A stretch of 64,000 nt of DNA. Origin: a virus. The first letter of the stretch is position 1; every line of letters begins with the position of its first letter. Location of the stretch: IMG/VR virus record IMGVR_UViG_3300045988_183134, positions 124,565 to 188,564 of that record, one strand, 5' to 3'. Under the pieces are notes generated by a model. That model searched no databases and had not been told where the DNA came from. It saw nothing but the letters and a program-made list of their open reading frames with translations. The translations under genes and the position numbers were made by a program. This document shows positions 8,442-17,372 of this stretch, piece after piece.

Positions 8442-9635
8442 TTACTGCCAATTCACCGGGTACTCATAAATGTCATAGCTGTCTGCGCTTTTGTCAATTT
8501 CATTCTTCTTAAACGCATCGATACTATCGTATACCGTCATCGTGATGCTGTTGGCGTGACCATCTACATCCACCGAACCATCGCTGTCGATGATGACGTT
8601 CTTAATCCAGAAGCCGAGAACTGCTGTTCCGGTTTCTTCGGTTTTGTCATCGATGTATTCGACTTCGTAGGGGATGAACAAGTCGTTGTATTCGCTAGAG
8701 AAGTTGCGTTCACCGTCTCCGCCTCTCCAGGAAATCATGTATCCGACATCTGCCCAACGCGGCTCACCAACATTTTCTCTCGAAAAGCCAATTTCGTTGT
8801 GGTCTGCATCAAACACCGATTCTTTGTGAACGTTGTAGTCAGAACCGGCACTGTCTTCCAATCTGGCAACGGCAATCGGCTTGACGGCATCCAGAACGTC
8901 CTGAGTCACTTCGTCCACAGAGCGAATATATTTGGGTGCTCCCTTAACGGGAATCTCAATCGTGTCGCGGGTGAGTGCATATTTTTTAGCAAAATCTTGT
9001 GGAGCTTTTGGTTTTACATGTAAGGCGATGGTGTCGTCTTCGCTGTATTCCTTGTACGTGTCGAAATCATCCACATAATATTGTAGATTTTTAAGCGGAC
9101 TATCTTCGGGGGCATCATTTATAAGGTTGAGTCTCAATTCAGGGATTGTCCCGATGATTTCAAACGAAACTTTGCCTTCTTCAGGATTTTCGCTAAAAAT
9201 TGTTGTGAATATCGAATCATCAAACGGGTCAACCATCTCGGGCTCTTTCAAACCCGATACTGTGATTTCCTTGCTTGCTGCTTTGGCGGTTACTTTGTTC
9301 TCTTTTTGGAAGTAATCGGAAACCTCAACACTCAGGGTAACGGTATCGCCGTTTGACAGGTTCTCGGATGGCGTGACCTCGTAGTTCACTTCGCCCATCA
9401 TGGCCGTTTCCGTGCGAGCTTCATCCATGTCAGTTTGACTCTTGCCTTTGCCGAAAACATCCGTTCCGATTTTATTGTAATCGACATTGACGGTTGCAGT
9501 TGCCTGACCATTTATCCCGTCGAACGTGACATCCGCATATTGCAGGAAATCAACAGTCTTGGAACAGCCTGTGAGCGACAGCGCGAGCCCTGCGGTTGCT
9601 GCTGCAACCAAAAGTAAACGCCTTAACCCTTTCAT
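8442..9635 (-). CDS. Lipoprotein of unknown function
   Basis: The internal start MKGLRRLLLVAAATAGLALSLTGC has a lipobox and is preceded by an aaaggag RBS. Confidence 0.75.
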   Translation of the reverse strand: MKGLRRLLLVAAATAGLALSLTGCSKTVDFLQYADVTFDGINGQATATVNVDYNKIGTDVFGKGKSQTDMDEARTETAMMGEVNYEVTPSENLSNGDTVTLSVEVSDYFQKENKVTAKAASKEITVSGLKEPEMVDPFDDSIFTTIFSENPEEGKVSFEIIGTIPELRLNLINDAPEDSPLKNLQYYVDDFDTYKEYSEDDTIALHVKPKAPQDFAKKYALTRDTIEIPVKGAPKYIRSVDEVTQDVLDAVKPIAVARLEDSAGSDYNVHKESVFDADHNEIGFSRENVGEPRWADVGYMISWRGGDGERNFSSEYNDLFIPYEVEYIDDKTEETGTAVLGFWIKNVIIDSDGSVDVDGHANSITMTVYDSIDAFKKNEIDKSADSYDIYEYPVNWQ

Positions 9636-9803
9636 TTCAAACACTCCTTTTTGTTGGATTTCTGTTGGCGTTGTATTGCTTTTATTATAACATGACACAT
9701 ATTTGCGGTCAACATATCTGCGACAGGTACAATAAATATGAGAAATATTAGGAATTTAGAAGATTTATTGCAGTTTAGAATTTGTATGAGTTTCAACTGT
9801 CAG

Positions 9804-9836
9804 TTGCCGGAATGTGCGAATCTCATACAATAAAAA
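9804..9836 (+). promoter_or_regulatory. Conserved promoter-like box ttgccggaatgtgcgaatc (family copy 1)
   Basis: The box is shared with 39300, 40946 and 57315. It lies about 70 bp upstream of srtB and is flanked by the inverted repeat ttgtatgag/ctcatacaa. Confidence 0.4.
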
Positions 9837-9875
9837 TAGACAATATCGTAATTTGCGCCGTTGTGGGGTGTACAA

Positions 9876-10760
9876 ATGCATACAGATAACAAAACAAAAC
9901 TGACCTGGTTCGGGATTCTTCGATTGATAGTAGGCGGAATCTTTCGGCTTATCAGCATCGTTGCACTTCTGGCTGTGCTTGGAATCAGCTATCTTCTGTT
10001 TCAAAATGTAAAGCAGACAAAGGAAACGCAGGACCTCAATGTTCAGCTGGTTGAGATGCGTCAGGAAGCAGAAACCGAAGAAGACAATACGGACTGGTCT
10101 AAGGGTATGTTGGACGTGAACCCGGATTATAAAGGCTGGCTCACGATTTACGGAACACAAATCTCCGAACCAGTCGTGCAGGGGGAAACAAACGAAACTT
10201 ATCTGCGCACCAACATCAATGGCGAACACGCTGAAGCGGGGACACTGTTCCTCGATGAAACCACTGATTTGACTCAGGATGGCAACCTTATCATTTACGG
10301 CCATAAAATGAACGACGGAACCATGTTCGGAACTCTTGATAAGTTTGAGGATGAAGAGTTTTTTGATAATAATGGAACAGTTTGCTGGGAAAGTGAGAAG
10401 GGCAAAGAGTACTATCAGATTTTTGCGCTCTTGGTTTTACCCGGATACAGTACAGCCCCTGATTTTATCGACCTTCAAGCCTGGAACAACGTTCTGGACG
10501 AAGAGCAAACTGCCGACATGCTCAACACGATTGCAGACCGAGCTTCTATCTTTAGAGGGGAATCCTTTAATCTTGAAAAGGACAAGTACATCTTCCTGGT
10601 GACTTGTGATTACAGCATCAACAACGGCCGCCTTGTTCTAGTGGGCAGGCGGCTCAGCAAGAAGAGCGAGACGGAAGACACCACAGAGGAAAGTACCGAT
10701 AACGCGGAAGAGGTTATATCGGAAGACGGGGCAGAGACGTCATCAGAACCAGAGGTGTGA
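9876..10760 (+). CDS. srtB: Class B sortase
   Basis: It has an N-terminal TM helix, NPDYKGWLTIYGTQISEPVVQ, the catalytic His in LIIYGHKMNDGTMFGTL, the Cys in FLVTCDY and a downstream Arg (LVLVGRR). Confidence 0.85.
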   Translation: MHTDNKTKLTWFGILRLIVGGIFRLISIVALLAVLGISYLLFQNVKQTKETQDLNVQLVEMRQEAETEEDNTDWSKGMLDVNPDYKGWLTIYGTQISEPVVQGETNETYLRTNINGEHAEAGTLFLDETTDLTQDGNLIIYGHKMNDGTMFGTLDKFEDEEFFDNNGTVCWESEKGKEYYQIFALLVLPGYSTAPDFIDLQAWNNVLDEEQTADMLNTIADRASIFRGESFNLEKDKYIFLVTCDYSINNGRLVLVGRRLSKKSETEDTTEESTDNAEEVISEDGAETSSEPEV

Positions 10761-12190
10761 AGAAGGAAATGAACATGGAGCAGAACGTAGCACTAGAAAT
10801 GTTCGGCTATTTGAAAGAACATTTTGTTGGTCTGGCAAAAGACAAAGGCGATGAGGTCATTGAAGGCAGTGAATTTATTCGTGTGACTCGCTCTAAAACC
10901 AATAATGTGTGGGATTGTGAAAAAGAAGTAAAGCAGCTGCTTGATAAAACAGGTGGTAACAATGTAAAAGTTAATTGCCCAACGGATTGTGTGATTATCA
11001 ACTATAGTTCAAAGGTTCAATCGCTGTATGTCGGGCTGTTTTCTGCGCGGGAAATGTCATACACTTACAGCGGTATTGAAAAAAGCTATTTTGAGATGCT
11101 TGCTACAAACGAAAGACGAGTAAAAGGTTACTCGTACAGCAAGGATGGCGTTTTGTATGCTCATTCAACGCTGCGCCGTAAGGTGAGTCGTTCAAAATCA
11201 AAGATACCAGAATACAATCCACCGTTTTCTATGAACTTTGTTTCAAAAGGGACGAAACATTGGCCTTGCACAATGAAAGACCTGTTCTCCGTTCGGGCAA
11301 TGGGCAGCAGCTTGTTTGATGATTTTATCCGGGCAATGATGCTTTACTGGGGTAAGTCGAATTCGATTTGGAACGACCTGGAAAAGGATTATGCCGGGAT
11401 GTCTGCCTATGGTGCCATTCCACTTTCGATAATCAAGGAATCTCACACAAGAAAAGAACTCATTGCAAAGTACTACGGGGAAGATAAAGCATTTAATCGC
11501 AACAATCGAGAGCCTATCGGATATGGCATTTTCTTGGCGCGGGCTGCAAGGGTTGTGAAACCGGAGGAACTTCAAAAGCTGTTTGGATACAATCCGGGCT
11601 TTGTATTTATTGGTAGGGCTAAAAACGATTTGGTTGAGCCGCTGGTTCGGTTCATTGGAAACAGCATCCCGGAAGAAGATAACAAACGATACTCGTCTAT
11701 CGATGCGAATATAAAAGATGCCATTTTAATGAGCTTCAAGAAGAGAAAGCTCATTCCGGTGTCTTTTAAGTCTGTAAATGGATTCGTCAAATGGCATGAT
11801 GAATTGGCTTTGACATATATATATTCTGCGGCTGAAAAAATGCAAATTAAAGAAGATTCTAAGTTCAACCAACTGAAGCTGCCGGAAGATTGTGTTAAAT
11901 TGACAACAACTAGGCAGATGGTGGAAGAAGGTATATTCCAGCATAATTGCGTTGCTTCATATATCGATAGGGTAAACAATGATTACTGTTCGATTTGGTC
12001 ACAGAGAAAAGCAGATGGGACGCGAAATACCATTGAAATCCAAATGAAAAACAAAAAGTACTGTATTGTTCAAATGTGTGCTTTTGCCAATCAACGCCCC
12101 TTGGAAGAGGACTATAAAAAAGTCAAATGCGCTGTTGATGAATGCAACAAGGCAAAGAAAAGAGAATTATTGCCTCCAACAGTTAGTTGA
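10757..12190 (+). CDS. PcfJ-like protein (conjugative-plasmid associated)
   Basis: The C-terminal region FQHNCVASYIDRVNNDYCSIWSQRK...TIEIQMKNKKYCIVQMCAFANQRP resembles the PcfJ domain. The start could be GTG 10757 or ATG 10769/10775. Confidence 0.65.
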   Translation: MKKEMNMEQNVALEMFGYLKEHFVGLAKDKGDEVIEGSEFIRVTRSKTNNVWDCEKEVKQLLDKTGGNNVKVNCPTDCVIINYSSKVQSLYVGLFSAREMSYTYSGIEKSYFEMLATNERRVKGYSYSKDGVLYAHSTLRRKVSRSKSKIPEYNPPFSMNFVSKGTKHWPCTMKDLFSVRAMGSSLFDDFIRAMMLYWGKSNSIWNDLEKDYAGMSAYGAIPLSIIKESHTRKELIAKYYGEDKAFNRNNREPIGYGIFLARAARVVKPEELQKLFGYNPGFVFIGRAKNDLVEPLVRFIGNSIPEEDNKRYSSIDANIKDAILMSFKKRKLIPVSFKSVNGFVKWHDELALTYIYSAAEKMQIKEDSKFNQLKLPEDCVKLTTTRQMVEEGIFQHNCVASYIDRVNNDYCSIWSQRKADGTRNTIEIQMKNKKYCIVQMCAFANQRPLEEDYKKVKCAVDECNKAKKRELLPPTVS

Positions 12191-12240
12191 CCCTATGATT
12201 ATTACCGGCTTTGGAAAAGCACTAAGATAAAAGCTAGAAA

Positions 12241-12825
12241 GTGATAAAAATGCTAAACCTTTTACATAATAAGCCCCAGCTGCACCTGTTTGCACCTGAA
12301 CCGTTGTCCGTGACGGTCCTTTCGAGACAGGATACTGAAGAACAGGCTTCGACATTTGGTTTCAATGACTTCGTTGTGAGCATCGGGAATCCCGAACAAG
12401 CTGAGCTTCATTTCCCGTGCCCGTCTCTTCACCTGCATTTCTTCGACAAGGAAGACGAGCGGTGCATCACAGAGGAACAAGCAGAGGCTCTTGCGGCGTT
12501 TGTCCGAAAAGAAATCGGACTTGGCCGTCATCATTTCATTGTTCATTGCAACCAGGGGATATCTCGAAGTGCGGGTGCTGCAGCAGCGTTCCTACGAGCG
12601 TTTGGGTTTGATGAAGGAATCATCCTGGATGATGGCCGATACTGCATCAATGGTTGGTGCTATCTCCATGTATGCCGTGCGTTTGGCTTGAAGGTTTCTG
12701 AGGAAGAAGCGACCGCTGCAAGGCTCCGGAGCAGACGGGCATATCTGCTGACCTGGTCCGTGGTAGGCGACGAAGAGGAAACGAATGATTCTGAAGATAC
12801 AACAACAGATGTAGATTTGACTTGA
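12241..12825 (+). CDS. Cys-based protein phosphatase-like protein
   Basis: It carries a CX5R signature (HCNQGISRSAG). Confidence 0.6.
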   Translation: MIKMLNLLHNKPQLHLFAPEPLSVTVLSRQDTEEQASTFGFNDFVVSIGNPEQAELHFPCPSLHLHFFDKEDERCITEEQAEALAAFVRKEIGLGRHHFIVHCNQGISRSAGAAAAFLRAFGFDEGIILDDGRYCINGWCYLHVCRAFGLKVSEEEATAARLRSRRAYLLTWSVVGDEEETNDSEDTTTDVDLT

Positions 12826-12841
12826 AAGGCGGGAATATAAA

Positions 12842-13213
12842 ATGCAACTCGAAAAGATGCTACTGGAATACGATTGCTTTCCGATTTTGGCTATATACGT
12901 TGAGGATGGCAAGCGCTACTTTTGCAATGGTACTGAACTCCGGACATATGACCGCATTGTTGCGTATCCGGCTACGGCGTCTCAGTTAATTCGGGTTCTC
13001 ACCAATGAAGCTACACTTGCCGGAGTATTCGGAAACGCGGAGACTGTGTGGGTAGCAACTCAAGAACCTGGTTCCGATGACTTCAAAATCGAAAAGAAAT
13101 CTGCAGCAGACTTGGACAAATACGACAAGCTGCCAGAAGGGGTGTATGCGTCGTCTCACCCTGAACGATTAGCGAAATATGTAGAGTTCTTAACGAGCGT
13201 TGATGCAGAATAA
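12842..13213 (+). CDS. Hypothetical protein, paralog of the N-terminal half of 23494-24156
   Basis: Shared blocks are LEYD.(F/I)P(I/L)L, G.RYFCN.TE(L/F)RTY, KYD(K/R)LP and SHP.RL.KY. Confidence 0.55.
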   Translation: MQLEKMLLEYDCFPILAIYVEDGKRYFCNGTELRTYDRIVAYPATASQLIRVLTNEATLAGVFGNAETVWVATQEPGSDDFKIEKKSAADLDKYDKLPEGVYASSHPERLAKYVEFLTSVDAE

Positions 13214-13304
13214 TAAAGAACGGCACGAAAGCTAAAACCGAAACTACTGTACCTAAAAAAACAGTAGGGTAATAGCTAACGTGCCGTTTCTTGTGCGATG
13301 ATTG

Positions 13305-13676
13305 TCAGACGTGCAATTTTTCCTTGAGCCCTTCCTGAAGTACCTGCGAAAAATCGATGTTTTCTTTTTCAGCAAGCTCATTGAGCCAGCAGGGGATTGC
13401 AATGCTCTTCTGAACCATACGTTGTTGCTCCTCAAGAGACACATCAACGAGTGTGACGATTTGTCCGGATTTAGCAGCTATGCCGTTGGTCGAGAATGGC
13501 TTCGGTATTGACTTTTCTGCGTTTTCTTCGGAAAAAGCCCACATGCAAATGGCGTTTTTCGCGGCGCTAATGGCGTCGGATTGCTGCTCACCTTTAACAG
13601 TTAGGTTGAAGTCTGGAATGTATGCTGTGTATCCTTCTTCTGTAGAAGTCAATACGATGGGGTAGGCTGTCTTCAT
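13305..13676 (-). CDS. hicB: HicB-family antitoxin-like protein (RNase H-like fold plus C-terminal RHH)
   Basis: MKTAYPIVLTSTEEGYTAYIPDFNLTVKGEQQSDAISAAKNAI is a typical HicB N-terminus. The C-terminal KSIAIPCWLNELAEKENIDFSQVLQEGLKEKL looks RHH-like. The start is set at the internal ATG 13676. Confidence 0.75.
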   Translation of the reverse strand: MKTAYPIVLTSTEEGYTAYIPDFNLTVKGEQQSDAISAAKNAICMWAFSEENAEKSIPKPFSTNGIAAKSGQIVTLVDVSLEEQQRMVQKSIAIPCWLNELAEKENIDFSQVLQEGLKEKLHV

Positions 13677-13728
13677 ATATACCTTTAATTCAAATAATTC
13701 AATCGATTGGACGTTCTGAAACTGATAT

Positions 13729-14439
13729 TTAGCGGATAATATAGTCTCTAATGTGGCGGACAGTTTCTGGATGTTTCTCCAAATGGTCACACTGTTGTGC
13801 GAGGAGACAGGCAAAAACGAAGCGCGGGTCCGAATGAGGCCAAATAATGTTGCCTTTTTCATCTGAAAAGTAAAAGTCTATGGTGCTGTACAGAGGAGAC
13901 GTTGCGGGAAGTGGTATGATTGACCCGTTGAAATCAATTTCAAAGATAGAATTCGTCGCCTGAGCTGCGGCAACATGATGACGATGGTTAGTCACTACCA
14001 CTAAGTTGAGCTCCGGATAATATTTGCCCTTAGGAATCTCCTCAGCCAAATTAAAACCCTCCTGCTCAATATCTTTCATTGCGTCAATCAATTTGCCTGT
14101 GGTGTCAGGAAATACTATGATATGGTTTTTACTTGCTGAAAAGTGCCCTTTCGTTGAATTCATTTCAAATGCAGGAGGGAGCTTTACCAGTTCTTGAAGT
14201 TCGGTGAGATATTGAGAATTCGTGCGGTAGGCGTAAAAGCCTGCCATTTCATGAAGCAGGCTGTCAATGTAGAAGCGACCATACAAGATTCTTTCGTCTA
14301 CAGGCATTGTATCGTCGTCCATCATTGCAATTGTTGTTGCAGCATCTCCGAGCCAAGAATTGTTGCGTAGAGCTTTTTCAATGTCAACAACAGGGTCGTG
14401 ATAGTTTGGAAGATATTTGAAAATCTCAGTGTTATTCAA
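13729..14439 (-). CDS. Hypothetical protein (236 aa) in an operon with hicB
   Basis: The long ORF overlaps the upstream gene by 8 nt and ends 53 nt before hicB. No family was recognised. Confidence 0.6.
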   Translation of the reverse strand: MNNTEIFKYLPNYHDPVVDIEKALRNNSWLGDAATTIAMMDDDTMPVDERILYGRFYIDSLLHEMAGFYAYRTNSQYLTELQELVKLPPAFEMNSTKGHFSASKNHIIVFPDTTGKLIDAMKDIEQEGFNLAEEIPKGKYYPELNLVVVTNHRHHVAAAQATNSIFEIDFNGSIIPLPATSPLYSTIDFYFSDEKGNIIWPHSDPRFVFACLLAQQCDHLEKHPETVRHIRDYIIR

Positions 14440-14794
14440 TGTTAAGGACCTCCAATTCTTGATTTAACGTGTCCAAAATAATGGGGACGCAGTATGCGTT
14501 TAGTGCTCTCTCACTACCAAAACTGATGTAGTTCAGTGCTGAGATGAGCTTGCCACATCCTCCACGATAGTCTCGCTTCTTCATCTTTTGCTTGAATGCA
14601 TAAAGGGATTCGATGTACTTCATGTTTGTGGCGACGCGATAAGTGGTCAATTCAGGGGTGGACTCATTCATGCGCTTGCGGCATTCGATGAGTGCTGCCA
14701 GGAAGTCGTTGGTTCTGTAGGCAGCGTCCAGAGGCTCCATGATATAGGCGTGAATAGGGTCGCTAATGCCTTTTACAATATTGTAGTTGTCCAT
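14432..14794 (-). CDS. Hypothetical protein (120 aa), first gene of the hicB operon
   Basis: The ATG at 14794 is preceded by an aaaggag RBS. Confidence 0.55.
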   Translation of the reverse strand: MDNYNIVKGISDPIHAYIMEPLDAAYRTNDFLAALIECRKRMNESTPELTTYRVATNMKYIESLYAFKQKMKKRDYRGGCGKLISALNYISFGSERALNAYCVPIILDTLNQELEVLNIE

Positions 14795-14929
14795 GGCAAA
14801 TATCTCCTTTGTATTGAATCTACGTACAATTCTACGCAAATCGCAATAAAAAGGAACACGCTATGACATAAACTACCATAAATATACCATATATTTTACT
14901 TTTATAAAAGCCTGATTTCCTGTATCTTG

Positions 14930-14958
14930 TTTACAAATTGACAGTTTCATCGTATAAT
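14930..14958 (+). promoter_or_regulatory. Sigma70-like promoter TTTACA-17-TATAAT for the XRE/HipA-like operon
   Basis: The hexamers lie at 14930-14935 and 14953-14958. The gene starts at 14983. Confidence 0.5.
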
Positions 14959-14982
14959 GTAAACAAGAAGGGGAGGACTGTC

Positions 14983-16002
14983 ATGAAAATAGGCAAGAGC
15001 ATCCGATACTTTCGTTCCCAGAAAGGCGTGTCTCAGCAATGGCTGGCTGATGCCATCGGCATAAGCAAAATGAGCATTTCGTATTTTGAGAGTGACAAGC
15101 GCCGCCCGGACATTGCGACTGTCAAGCGCATCTGTTCGGCGCTGGATGTGTCTTTGGGCAAATTCATGGCGTTCAGTGACGGTGTTACCCTCTCTGATGG
15201 CTCTTTCGAGAAAACGGATGAACTGTCAGCAGCTCAGAAAAACGCCATCCTCGCACAGATTCGCTATGCAGTACAACGATACTGTGATGCGTGTGCTTGC
15301 GCAAACGTGGATTGCAGCGAGTGTGCGCTGCCAAAAGATAAAGTGCCGATGCTTGATAGTGCAGCAGATGCTGCCGTCTATATGCGTGAAGCGTTTGGCC
15401 TTCCTGTGAATGGTCCTATCGGCAATCTCACGCGGGTTCTCGAAAGCAAAGGCGTCTGCGTTGCCATAGTAAAGCAAGAGGATTCCGGAGTGCCCATCGA
15501 AAACTTTTCCGGGTATCATGCCGTATCAAACAAAGGCTTTCGCCTTATCGCTTTTAATGAGGAATTGACTTACGGCTACCAACGCATGACCATTGCGAAA
15601 GAAACTGCACGCTCACTCTTCTCTAACGCGAGCGAACGGCAAATCAGCAGCGCAGCAAGACATTTCCTGCTTCCGAGTTCTGACTTGGTACGAGAAATCG
15701 GAGAGAAACGGCCAAATATCAGCTTCAAAGAAATACAGCTTGTAGGAGAAGAATACGGCGTGTCTGACCAGTGCGTGGTATTGCGAGCAAGGGAAGAAGG
15801 TATCATCACCCGCGAAACATATAGCCGTATCCAGAACGGAAAGCACTATCCAGCGGATGCGTATAAGAACGATGAGCAGCCTGTGAGATTACTGCAATTG
15901 GTATGTAGAGCATATACCGACAATCTCATTGGTATCTCTAAGGCCGCTGAGCTGCTAAACACCAATACAAGCTATGCGACAGAGCTGTGCGAAGGCAAAT
16001 AG
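14983..16002 (+). CDS. XRE-family HTH regulator with an extended C-terminal domain (degenerate ImmA/IrrE-like?)
   Basis: A gggagg RBS is present. The N-terminus IRYFRSQKGVSQQWLADAIGISKMSISYFESDKRRPDIATVKRICSALDV is a classic HTH_3. No intact HEXXH is seen in the C-terminal domain. Confidence 0.75.
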   Translation: MKIGKSIRYFRSQKGVSQQWLADAIGISKMSISYFESDKRRPDIATVKRICSALDVSLGKFMAFSDGVTLSDGSFEKTDELSAAQKNAILAQIRYAVQRYCDACACANVDCSECALPKDKVPMLDSAADAAVYMREAFGLPVNGPIGNLTRVLESKGVCVAIVKQEDSGVPIENFSGYHAVSNKGFRLIAFNEELTYGYQRMTIAKETARSLFSNASERQISSAARHFLLPSSDLVREIGEKRPNISFKEIQLVGEEYGVSDQCVVLRAREEGIITRETYSRIQNGKHYPADAYKNDEQPVRLLQLVCRAYTDNLIGISKAAELLNTNTSYATELCEGK

Positions 16003-16083
16003 TAAAATTCATGGACAACACTTATAAATTGAAGTATACTTTTGTTAAGGCAAATGCTCTTGTAAAGTGAGGTGTGATTTCGC

Positions 16084-17175
16084 GTGCGATTTTTGTTGAT
16101 GAATAAAGATACCAAGTGGCTCTTGTTTGACTGTTATGAGGACGAGTTTGGCTTTACGGCTGGCAAAGAAATCGAATGGTATACTTCGTTCAGACCGATT
16201 CAATACAACAATATTGGTGACTTCCTTGATGCACGCAAAGCGCCTAAGCATAGAAAGCACATCGCTGAGCTTCTGAAAAAGTACGGTTGTGAATCCACTG
16301 AAAATTTTTTGCGATTAACGCATGCACTGTCACTCAATGATACTTTCTGGGTAAAAGAGCCAGAAAGCCCTTTGACATGGAACGAAGTTTCCTTATACAG
16401 AAACGAATTTGATGAACTGGTTTCTAACGCGGCCTTTGATGGAATTATATCCTCTACCACTCTTTCTTCGACATCCCCTGAATTCGGGACAGATGGTGCT
16501 TATGCAAAGTGCTGGCAACGTGAAAACGGCACGGTCTATCTGTATAAAAGCGGCAGCGACACTTATGAAATCGAACCCTTGTCCGAATTTCTTGCGTCAC
16601 AGGTAGCTGATATACTTTGCCATAACCACGTCGAGTATGGCCTTGCCTTTTATCATAGACGACTGGCATCAAAGTGCAAGCTGTTTACCAGTGAACAATT
16701 CGGTTTGGCTAAAATGTCGGCACTTCCAGTTACTAATCGTAAAAATCCCGCTGCCTTCCTAAAATTTGCTGAGCAATATGGTAGTGAAGACTTAATGCGC
16801 AGGATGTTCATTTTGGATGCTCTTATTCTCAACATCGACCGTCATTTAGGTAATGTCGGATTTCTTTTCGATAATGATACAATGCAAATTACCGAAATGG
16901 CTCCCATTTACGACAACAATCGCAGCCTACTGTTTCAATTCGATACAGAAACCATCGAAAACAACCCGGAATGGTGCATATCAAAGTGTGAGCCAAGAAT
17001 AGGTGAAGATTTCATTAAGACCTCACAAGCAGTTCTTACCGATGAATTGAGAGTGGAATTAAAAAACATGAATGGCTTTGAATTTCATGCACCGAAAGAT
17101 ATTGGCGTTCCTATGGATAGGCTGGTGGCGTTGAGCCGAATCTTAAATATACAACTGAACAAAATCTTACAATAA
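16084..17175 (+). CDS. HipA-like kinase family protein (putative toxin partner of the XRE gene)
   Basis: The catalytic-loop-like motif LILNIDRHLGNVGFLF followed by APIYDNNRSL resembles the HipA C-terminal domain. The gene sits directly downstream of the HTH gene. Confidence 0.65.
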   Translation: MRFLLMNKDTKWLLFDCYEDEFGFTAGKEIEWYTSFRPIQYNNIGDFLDARKAPKHRKHIAELLKKYGCESTENFLRLTHALSLNDTFWVKEPESPLTWNEVSLYRNEFDELVSNAAFDGIISSTTLSSTSPEFGTDGAYAKCWQRENGTVYLYKSGSDTYEIEPLSEFLASQVADILCHNHVEYGLAFYHRRLASKCKLFTSEQFGLAKMSALPVTNRKNPAAFLKFAEQYGSEDLMRRMFILDALILNIDRHLGNVGFLFDNDTMQITEMAPIYDNNRSLLFQFDTETIENNPEWCISKCEPRIGEDFIKTSQAVLTDELRVELKNMNGFEFHAPKDIGVPMDRLVALSRILNIQLNKILQ

Positions 17176-17177
17176 CA

Positions 17178-17215
17178 AAGGGGAGTCGCGATTCACGACT
17201 CCCCTTCTTGTTTTG
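17178..17215 (+). terminator. Rho-independent terminator
   Basis: aaggggagtcg-cgattca-cgactcccctt is followed by a T-rich tail. Confidence 0.65.
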
Positions 17216-17372
17216 TCGAAGTGAGTGTATAAAAAATCAGCTTGAACGCTGAAATTGTGTTGGCAATTGGCCAAAAGCACTAAATTGATAGCATAAAATC
17301 AAAATTTGCGATAAAATCAATTGAATTTCCTTAATTTGCAGCGTATACTATTAGAAGGAAGGGAGTAGTATT

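Noticed and set aside
13677-13862. The N-terminal extension of the hicB ORF (185-aa version)
   Set aside because: The extension overlaps the 3' end of the upstream gene in another frame. The HicB homology begins exactly at the internal Met (MKTAYPIVL).
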